Source: a virus (taxonomy: Duplodnaviria > Caudoviricetes). From it: 55,656 nt of DNA. Location of the stretch: positions 1-55,656 of the IMG/VR virus record IMGVR_UViG_3300037882_002905. One strand, 5' to 3'. Position 1 is the stretch's first letter, and every line of letters starts with the position of its first letter. The notes beneath the pieces are model-generated. The model saw nothing but the letters and a program-made list of their open reading frames with translations, made no database searches and was not told the DNA's origin. The position numbers and the translations under genes were made by a program. Positions 45,261-51,973 of this stretch are shown one piece after another.

Positions 45261-45332
45261 TTGAAGCGAGGTCGCTGTCCTGAAGCTGACCTGCACAATT
45301 CAATTATCGAAACAACGAACGAGGGCGACGAA

Positions 45333-45626
45333 ATGTCCAAAACCATCACAGTTGATCTGCCTGCTACGGTCCTGAATATCGAAATGATCAGAAATCCGTT
45401 CCTAGGTGACATGCTGTGCGTCACGCTCGCCAATGGGCGCCAGGTGGTGATCGATGCTATGCAGATGACGCCTGAGCACGAGTGCCAAGTTGCCGTGTGG
45501 GATAACTTCGACGCGGTCCAAGAAGGTCCGAACATGGTTGCATGGATCGGCTTCAATGGTTACAAGAAGACCGACACGGTTGCCAAGGTCTGCAACGCAG
45601 CCAACGCGCTCGCGTCAGTCGCCTGA
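45333..45626 (+). CDS. Hypothetical protein
   Basis: Follows class-II motif 45279; GAGG RBS. Confidence 0.7.
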   Translation: MSKTITVDLPATVLNIEMIRNPFLGDMLCVTLANGRQVVIDAMQMTPEHECQVAVWDNFDAVQEGPNMVAWIGFNGYKKTDTVAKVCNAANALASVA

Positions 45627-45672
45627 ACCTGACCGTCACAATTGAAATATCGAAACACGAAAGGTATTCCAG

Positions 45673-45915
45673 ATGATCACAGAAGCCAGAATTGAAGAAC
45701 TCAAAGCCTTGGGGTACACAGTCGAAGACATGGGCGCCGAGCATGGGGAAGAGTTTGCGGGCCTGTATCGCTGGTTCCATGATCGCTCAGGTCACTTTCA
45801 AGACTCTGAGCCATCTTTCTCAAATCCAAGCGCATGGGAGAGTGCAGACCGACATGCTGCCATTTGCCTAGAAGAACCAACATATGCTCCGGACCTGCCA
45901 GCAATCGCCAGTTAG
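45673..45915 (+). CDS. Acidic hypothetical protein
   Basis: Follows class-II motif 45622; AAGGT RBS. Confidence 0.7.
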   Translation: MITEARIEELKALGYTVEDMGAEHGEEFAGLYRWFHDRSGHFQDSEPSFSNPSAWESADRHAAICLEEPTYAPDLPAIAS

Positions 45916-46134
45916 AAAAGGGGGAACGCCATGAAGTAATAACAGTCCACTCGCGACAGGCTCGCGAGTAGAGCGCCTCGTAGGACTCACAAGAGAATCA
46001 GGCTTAGAGAACCTGGCTCCGATGTACGACAGAAAACAAGGCGCTCTACTCACGGTTGCTTCATCCTAGGTCTGGTGCTGTAAGGCCCAGCCTTTCAAGC
46101 CGTTCTGTAGCAATGCAGTTCGGCTTGTCTTTTT
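45916..46134 (+). ncRNA. Candidate structured ncRNA (~220 nt) of unknown family, ending in a terminator
   Basis: Nested helices 45931-45939/46056-46064 and 45966-45978/46039-46051 (13 bp, perfect); inner hairpins; terminal hairpin with GCAA tetraloop. Confidence 0.55.
46096..46134 (+). terminator. Intrinsic terminator closing the accessory-gene transcript
   Basis: caagccg-tt-ctgta-gcaa-tgcag-tt-cggcttg-tcttttt. Confidence 0.7.
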
Positions 46135-46201
46135 GCGCTCACGTAAGCCGAGGATCACCATTTTTAAGGCTCGTTCGCTCTGTGGTAAAAAAAGCCTTAT
46201 A

Positions 46202-46214
46202 AATCAACGACTTA
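46202..46214 (+). promoter_or_regulatory. IHF consensus site
   Basis: AATCAA-cgac-TTA matches WATCARNNNNTTR, with an upstream A tract; a degenerate second copy lies at 46989-47001. Confidence 0.6.
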
Positions 46215-46760
46215 CGGCACTTTACCGCCGCCTAAGTGCTGGTATAAGCGATCAAATATCCGATTAGCGAGCATTTCCGCTCAAATCCAGACTTAGACAG
46301 CATCATCGGCTCTTTAAGAAGCGCAAAAGTGGTGCTGCCGAGCGAGTCCAGAGTGTAGGGCTTACGCAGGGATGTCTAGTTCAAGCGGAGCAGCTGCCGA
46401 GCCCGAGGCAGCCCTCCCTAAGCTTCGGAGACATACAACCTAAACACCAGTTTTCAGCGAAGGGCAATTGCTTAGAGTCCAACCTGAAAAGCTAATCGAG
46501 AGCAGAGGTCCGGGCTAAAAGTAATACAGCAGAAACCAGACCCAAGCAATGCAGCCCAACCCAAACTAGGCACGATCGAACCCAAAATCAACCCAACCCG
46601 GAGTCAGGCAGACTCAGGCTCAAAATCACCAATTCCCCAATGGCGCATACGGCTGAAGAGCATGATTAACTAGGCTCAGAAAACGTAGGCAGAAAAGAAC
46701 AAACCGAGGCTCAATCCCACCAGCAAGAACCAGGACATCCCGGCATCAGGAGACAACAAC

Positions 46761-46787
46761 GATACATTCAATACATCGGATACATGC
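46761..46787 (+). repeat. Three phased 9-bp GATACAT units
   Basis: gatacattc aatacatcg gatacatgc. Confidence 0.65.
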
Positions 46788-47078
46788 CGGTAGAAGAAAG
46801 GCTCTGAATAGTCGATAGAGCATAGGAATGATCAGTTCCTACCTATAGAAGCCTGTACTTTAGACATAGGAGTAAGACTCTCTAGGTGTAGGAACAACAC
46901 TCGCTAGGTATAAGGAAAGAATAAAGTTGGCGGCCTTCCATTTTTTAAGAACGAAGCGCTTTCCTTAAATGTGCAGAATATCCTTATGAATCAACGATGT
47001 GTGCCATTTCTATGGGCCTAAAAGTACGCTTAAACCAGCGGTTTCGGCGCTCTTACGCAGCTCCTAGGCTCTGTTTGC

Positions 47079-47207
47079 CCTATAAGCGTCCGAGTAATCT
47101 CCTATAAGCAGTCCCTATAAGAACGCTTATAGGTGCAGGGCTAAATTCGGCTTACCCCCTACAGAAACCATGCCTAAAAACAGCTTATAGGGTGAAAACA
47201 GCTTATA
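47079..47207. repeat. Cluster of six CCTATAAGC/GCTTATAGG boxes (three forward, three reverse)
   Basis: 47079, 47101, 47114 (+); 47125, 47183, 47201 (-); the central pair forms cctataag-aacg-cttatagg. Confidence 0.8.
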
Positions 47208-47412
47208 CAAGGGTCCGATCGGATCAAGCTCAGTTGGGCAGGTGCAGCCTAGGCTCTGGGGTTTTGATATACGGCTAGGGAGCATGACTAGACTCGGCAG
47301 CCCTTTCTGCGCGCGCTCTCAGGCGTCTGCATCCTCGGACTCGTTGCCCTCAAGTCCCGGGTGTCCTGAAGGTGGGTGCGACACTTGAATTCTCGAACAA
47401 CGAAAGCAAGCC

Positions 47413-47670
47413 ATGAAAGTTAGACTGAGCCTGAAGTTTGATCCGCACTCCTTTGAGCCAGCGGTCGTGACAGCCCTTGACGGAATCAGGCCCATCATGA
47501 CCATTACCATTGACCTGTGGTCGGGCGCTGATCACCGAGGGCACAAGATCACCTCCGAAGCCGACCGATGCCTAGATCACACTGATCAAGCCAAGGTGAT
47601 CCTGGCCGCGACGACTTTGGTTCAGTCGGTGCTCACGGGCCAAGATGCCCTGAGTGTTCTTTGCCTATAA
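47413..47670 (+). CDS. Hypothetical protein
   Basis: Follows class-II motif 47364. Confidence 0.6.
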   Translation: MKVRLSLKFDPHSFEPAVVTALDGIRPIMTITIDLWSGADHRGHKITSEADRCLDHTDQAKVILAATTLVQSVLTGQDALSVLCL

Positions 47671-47990
47671 GGGATTTTCACATACGGCTCGGGGCCTTGA
47701 TCTTCTAGGATTTCCCCGCTGCCCATGAGGCTCGGCATCTGCTATATGCATATAGCGCACAGCTCGGACCTGGGCTGGACGGATTTCTTGATCCTAGGCT
47801 GTGTGGCGGACCAGTTTCTGCATTTCAAGCTCAAGAGTCAGGCTCATCTGTGCTCAGGCTCAATCTAGGCTCATGCCAGAAGACCCGGAGTCTGGGTGTG
47901 CGCAGCAGCCGATGGACACATTTGGGTGGGTGAGGGCAGCCGACACCGTGGTCTGACAGTAGAGACTTCAACAAACGAAAGAGGTCTTAT

Positions 47991-48134
47991 ATGTCAGCAC
48001 AAGCGTTCCAGTTCGCATACAAAGCGAGACTGATGAAGAACAACATCGGCACCCGCGCAGCAGCCGGGTTTCTGCGCAATCGGGACGTGAGCCTGAAAGA
48101 AGCGCTGTTTATCTTGGTCGGTCGCCCACTATGA
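47991..48134 (+). CDS. 47-aa small phage protein (not in ORF track)
   Basis: GAGGT RBS after class-II motif 47940; GTRAAAGFLRNRDVSLKEALFIL. Confidence 0.65.
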   Translation: MSAQAFQFAYKARLMKNNIGTRAAAGFLRNRDVSLKEALFILVGRPL

Positions 48135-48331
48135 GCGCCGTACTTGTGACTGCGCGGGTCCTGGCCGCGATGGTGGCAATGGTCATGATTGCGATGTCCT
48201 TGGTCTTTGCTGTATTCGGTGAGACCGAAAGCGCGGTGAGGTGCCTGGTGTTGACCATCATCTTCGGCTGCCTTGCTCTCCTCGATCTGAAGATTGAGGT
48301 CCGGGACACGCGGGGAGGGAGCCGAAGATAG
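48131..48331 (+). CDS. Small two-helix membrane protein
   Basis: ATGA coupling; two hydrophobic segments. Confidence 0.55.
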   Translation: MSAVLVTARVLAAMVAMVMIAMSLVFAVFGETESAVRCLVLTIIFGCLALLDLKIEVRDTRGGSRR

Positions 48332-48659
48332 TGATTTAGGTTTCTGGGAAGTGCCGAGGTCAGACTGAAAGGATCTGGCCACCCGGCGCGAGAGGGGCGA
48401 GTCCTTGGACGGTCTGGCGGAGGGCCATCAATAAACGCTGTTTTGATGTACGGCTCGGTGCCTTGATAAAGTAGGACGTGAATGGCGAATTTCCTATACG
48501 GCTCGGTGCCTTGACTAGCCTAGGATTCGTGGCCTTGGGCGAGCCCAGATTCCTACTGAACAGTCGCCGAAAACGATCCGAGTCGCCTTCCTAGCCGATA
48601 GTCGCCTTCCTGCTGCCGAGTCGCCGTCCGTGTGATGTGTGCATATTCCGAACAATCGG

Positions 48660-48909
48660 GTTAGCCAATTACTATAACGGGCAATTTAATACTGTGCAGT
48701 ATTAATAACATTTATTTGACAGGGCTATTAATTTATAATAGAGAATCTACCATGCATGCGACTATCATAAAAATGTGATGTTGTCAACATTAAAACAAAA
48801 AAACAACAAATAAAATTATTTTTAATATATTTTCGAATTACTATAAAACCATGTCATAATTCATCAAGTCAGAAATTTCTCTGACTTAAACAACCTGAAA
48901 GTAAATATC
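48660..48909. other. Very AT-rich intergenic tract
   Basis: Abrupt compositional shift with A/T runs; promoter or DNA-unwinding element. Confidence 0.6.
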
Positions 48910-49539
48910 ATGTCTAAGTCTTCCAAAGTCAGTTTTGCCAAAACCATCGCCACCCTGAAGGCGCACAGATTAGCTGCCACAAGTGCAGATATGAATGCCG
49001 TTCTAGGTGGTGCAAAGTCTGCATCCGTGTTCGAATATACCGAGAGTGTACATGCTACGATTGCAGCATGGGGCATTGATACTGCGCAGATTTTCGCAGT
49101 AGACCGCAATCCAAAGGTTATCAAGCGTTTTATCCAGTTTGTGCATGGGGTGAATGCCAAAGACTATAAAGCCATTGATTCCGTCACAGCCACGATTATC
49201 TATGCACTCCACCTGACTGAGGGAAACCCGCTTACGGTGGATGCTCTGCAATACTTGGGCGCCGGTCTACTCGCAGGCCGCGTAAGCCCCGAGACCAAAG
49301 GGGTGAACCGCTCCACGGTCTCTCGCTTGTTCGGTTCCGTGGGACTATCTACCATTCCAACACAGACAAGCCGCACAGTTGGCAAAAATGGTTTCCTTCA
49401 ATTAGCCGGGGCCACCATCGGCGAGCCGGGAAAGCATAACCAACACGTTAAACTCGATTCGGAACATGCGATGATCAAGGCGTTTTTTGCCACGATGAAT
49501 GCAGCGACGGACGCACAAGTCGCGGAGGTAACGGGCTAA
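48910..49539 (+). CDS. Hypothetical protein, possible distant paralog of 36393-37337
   Basis: 209-aa ORF after the AT-rich tract. Confidence 0.75.
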   Translation: MSKSSKVSFAKTIATLKAHRLAATSADMNAVLGGAKSASVFEYTESVHATIAAWGIDTAQIFAVDRNPKVIKRFIQFVHGVNAKDYKAIDSVTATIIYALHLTEGNPLTVDALQYLGAGLLAGRVSPETKGVNRSTVSRLFGSVGLSTIPTQTSRTVGKNGFLQLAGATIGEPGKHNQHVKLDSEHAMIKAFFATMNAATDAQVAEVTG

Positions 49540-49550
49540 TTATCATCCAG

Positions 49551-49580
49551 TGCCAGTCAGTCATGACTGACTGACTGGCA
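49551..49580. promoter_or_regulatory. Palindrome made of two overlapping operators
   Basis: tgccagtcagtca-tgac-tgactgactggca; AGTCA-N4-TGACT at both 49555 and 49559. Confidence 0.75.
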
Positions 49581-49603
49581 ACAAACCTATTAAGGAGAAC
49601 AGC

Positions 49604-49777
49604 ATGAAAACACAAACCCCGGACAATATCTCCCTGAGTGACAGCGAAACGGATGCAGCATTCACGCTATCTTCCGCGCGCATGCAATCACGGGCAACCA
49701 TCACACAGGACGACGCGGAAGAGCTTTGCGAAACAATCGATTATTCGTTAGCAATAGACGCCTTCTATAACACGTAG
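49604..49777 (+). CDS. 57-aa acidic protein (not in ORF track)
   Basis: TAAGGAG RBS directly after the double operator. Confidence 0.65.
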   Translation: MKTQTPDNISLSDSETDAAFTLSSARMQSRATITQDDAEELCETIDYSLAIDAFYNT

Positions 49778-49853
49778 TCGCCAGTACCTTGCACCCCCTC
49801 CTGGGGGAGCATCGGGCGCGTGGCCCTTCATGCCATTTTTCCTGGCCCGCCAC

Positions 49854-49957
49854 CAAAGTGCTTATAGGGCCAAACAGCCACAAGGTCTCCGAATCCCGGG
49901 ACGACACGCGACCCAAAAATCCTGGCGCCAGGTGGCCAGGACAAAGTGCTTATAGGG
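49854..49957. repeat. Two 16-bp direct repeats caaagtgcttataggg
   Basis: 49854-49869 and 49942-49957; each contains the GCTTATAGG box. Confidence 0.8.
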
Positions 49958-49987
49958 AGCGCTCCACGCCAAGGTGCGCAGCCGAAC

Positions 49988-50018
49988 GTAGAAAGGGCGC
50001 TCACGCGCCCCTTTCTAC
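49988..50018 (-). terminator. Hairpin at the convergence of the two transcription directions
   Basis: gtagaaagggcgc-tcac-gcgcccctttctac (GUGA tetraloop on the minus strand, one bulge). Confidence 0.5.
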
Positions 50019-50046
50019 AGGTTCCAGGGCGTTGCGACACCCGAAG

Positions 50047-50793
50047 TTACCAACTCCCCTGCTTGGCACTTCCCCCAACACCATAGAGCTCGTCCAATAG
50101 GGTCGGGGGCAAGTTATCAGGTGCATCGCTGTACTTCTCAGCACGTTCGATCAAGAACCTCGCATGCGCGAGCTCATTCTGGCGCTTTCGCTCTGCCGCC
50201 CTTTCGATTTCTGCCTTGCGATTCAGCTCCGAAATTCTGCGTCTTGCACTAAGCTGCTCGGGCGTTGGGTCGGGATTCTCCAGGTGCTCGATCAGTTCAT
50301 CATGCAGTACCTGAGTCCAGTTGTTTGAAGCACGGTCCAGCTCCGCCTGGTAGGCTGCGTGTCGCATGTAGCCGTACTCTACGCGCCTGAAGTTCGAGGT
50401 GTGCAGGATATGGTTGATCTCTTCCCTGAACGATCGTGCCCAGCCCTTGCCTTTTGCAGCCTGAACTTCCCTGCTACAGACTTCGGGCCAGCGAGCTACG
50501 ACTGTCTTCAGGGTGTGCTCCGCGAGGTCTTCCCTCATCATCGGCCTGCCCGTCACCTTCAGCTTAGTTAGCGCCGATTCGACCTTGCTCATGTCCAGGC
50601 TTGAGCCGAGACTCACCTTAGCGGTGCGCCATACGTCTGCGGCACTCGTTATCGACGACCCTGTTGCTGCAGAGGCCGTTGCAAACTTGTCGAGCGACGA
50701 GTAGATCGGGCTGAATGAATCTACAGCCGAGTCAGACCCCATCGTCGATAAAAGCAAATCTGCAAACCAATCATCATCTTTACCAAGTTTCAT
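50047..50793 (-). CDS. Hypothetical protein (ends GSW)
   Basis: GGAGGA RBS before ATG 50793; overlaps the upstream gene. Confidence 0.7.
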   Translation of the reverse strand: MKLGKDDDWFADLLLSTMGSDSAVDSFSPIYSSLDKFATASAATGSSITSAADVWRTAKVSLGSSLDMSKVESALTKLKVTGRPMMREDLAEHTLKTVVARWPEVCSREVQAAKGKGWARSFREEINHILHTSNFRRVEYGYMRHAAYQAELDRASNNWTQVLHDELIEHLENPDPTPEQLSARRRISELNRKAEIERAAERKRQNELAHARFLIERAEKYSDAPDNLPPTLLDELYGVGGSAKQGSW

Positions 50794-51310
50794 GGCGCTC
50801 GTCCTCCTTGAACTCTTGCTCCGCCAGGACATTCGCCAGTTCATTTTCAGAAGAGGTCTCCGACGCCGGCTTCAACACCTTAACAATGGCCTCGACATCA
50901 TCGTCTGTGAAGTTTTCGTCCATGATGAGCTTGATCTCTTCAGCAGCAACGCCGTCGATGCCCATGACCGCGACCGAATCAAACGACGCCCTGTCCTTTT
51001 TCACCTTTTCGCTCTTTGCCATATCGACCCTCAAGCTATACGCCGGATACCCTCCCAAGCGAAACCACTCGACAAGGTGATTGTGATTGGCCAACGTCCA
51101 GTCGTCAGCGAGTTTCTTGCAAACCGCATTCATGTGCGTATCTGAGAGCGCCATTGCTTCAGAATCAGCGTCGCGATAGCCTGCCTTGCGCAGCGCCATC
51201 ATCAAGCGGCCTGTAGAGCTCTTGCCTCGGGACTCGCGCACATAGACCGACTGGTTGAGTTCAAGCCATTTGACGGTTGTTTCTGCCCATCCGGGTGCTG
51301 AGTCGATCAT
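50780..51310 (-). CDS. Hypothetical protein (ends ETW)
   Basis: ATGA coupling. Confidence 0.7.
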   Translation of the reverse strand: MIDSAPGWAETTVKWLELNQSVYVRESRGKSSTGRLMMALRKAGYRDADSEAMALSDTHMNAVCKKLADDWTLANHNHLVEWFRLGGYPAYSLRVDMAKSEKVKKDRASFDSVAVMGIDGVAAEEIKLIMDENFTDDDVEAIVKVLKPASETSSENELANVLAEQEFKEDERHETW

Positions 51311-51630
51311 TTGGCTTGCTCCGCGAGGGCCACCAGGTTGTCCAGCTGCTCGGGCGTCAGGTTTTTGAGCTTTGCCGCTACGAGTCGTACCTTGCTGGGC
51401 GGCTGCGCCGGCGGCTTGTACCGATTCGCGACATATTTCTCCGCGTGTGGTGCGAGCTTGTCGAGAATATCAGGGTCTGCAGTCGCGAGCAACACGATCA
51501 GATCACCCAGCGTCCGGAGCTTGAGCGTAGCCATCCGGGCCTCGAAGTCAGCCTTGTACTTTTGAGACAGGGCGAAGCTGCCGCGCCAGTATTCTGTCTT
51601 TTTGTCTTGTTGTAATTCTTGCTCTGTCAT
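51307..51630 (-). CDS. Small putative DNA-binding (ribbon-helix-helix-like) protein
   Basis: WRGSFALS strand followed by two helices (KYKADFEARMATL / TLGDLIVLL); start placed downstream of the promoter. Confidence 0.55.
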   Translation of the reverse strand: MTEQELQQDKKTEYWRGSFALSQKYKADFEARMATLKLRTLGDLIVLLATADPDILDKLAPHAEKYVANRYKPPAQPPSKVRLVAAKLKNLTPEQLDNLVALAEQAK

Positions 51631-51652
51631 ATATTGCCCTTGGAATGAAAAA

Positions 51653-51681
51653 TCGGTAGTTACCATTATAGTAACTACCGA
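51653..51681 (-). promoter_or_regulatory. 11-bp inverted repeat enclosing a TATAAT box
   Basis: tcggtagttac-cattata-gtaactaccga. Confidence 0.7.
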
Positions 51682-51707
51682 CTTATTAATGGGACTTTTT
51701 AAGATAT

Positions 51708-51911
51708 TTACTTGATATCTGCTGAAAATCCGATGGCGTTCGAGGGCTCTTCCTCGAATTCTTCTTCTTGCTTGCTGAACCTCTGGATCGCATGAGTCTG
51801 AAGAATCACCGCGATGATGAGAATGTAGGGGTTGTCCATCTTCCAGGCCAGTGCGCCTGCGACCAACAAAACCGCGAGGTTGATGATGAGTGAATAGGTG
51901 ATTGGCTGCAT
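51708..51911 (-). CDS. Small membrane protein with two TM helices and an acidic tail
   Basis: Hydrophobic pattern; operator upstream at 51938. Confidence 0.7.
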   Translation of the reverse strand: MQPITYSLIINLAVLLVAGALAWKMDNPYILIIAVILQTHAIQRFSKQEEEFEEEPSNAIGFSADIK

Positions 51912-51937
51912 ACTGGTGTATTCCCTGTTTTGGTTGT

Positions 51938-51951
51938 AGTCAGCCCTGACT
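51938..51951. promoter_or_regulatory. AGTCA-N4-TGACT operator
   Basis: AGTCA-gccc-TGACT. Confidence 0.7.
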
Positions 51952-51973
51952 ATCGCCTAATCTTTCGACAAGG

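Larger units (their letters stand above)
46648..48527 (+). repeat. Five dispersed ~27-bp direct repeats TACGGCT-N6-C(A/T)TGA-N5/6-TAGG
   Basis: Copies start at 46648, 47270, 47683, 48449 and 48497. Confidence 0.75.

Noticed and set aside
45916-46134. Retron msr-msd, tmRNA, 6S RNA, tRNA or hammerhead identity for the structured RNA
   Set aside because: No reverse transcriptase in the window, no tRNA-like acceptor/T arm or CCA, no symmetric central bubble, and no CUGANGA/GAAA core.
24442-47969. Integron attC cassette array
   Set aside because: The repeats are not palindromic, lack RYYYAAC/GTTRRRY ends, and no integron integrase is present; they fit promoters better.
46648-48527. CRISPR array
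   Set aside because: The repeats are degenerate with spacing from 48 to over 700 bp, and there are no cas genes.
49551-49580. Protelomerase (telRL) site
   Set aside because: The palindrome is short and mostly explained by two overlapping AGTCA-N4-TGACT operators; no protelomerase in the window.
49701-50100. ORFs 49701-49916, 49789-50100 and 49828-50040
   Set aside because: No RBS, Arg/Pro-rich spurious composition, and they overlap repeats and the convergence hairpin.
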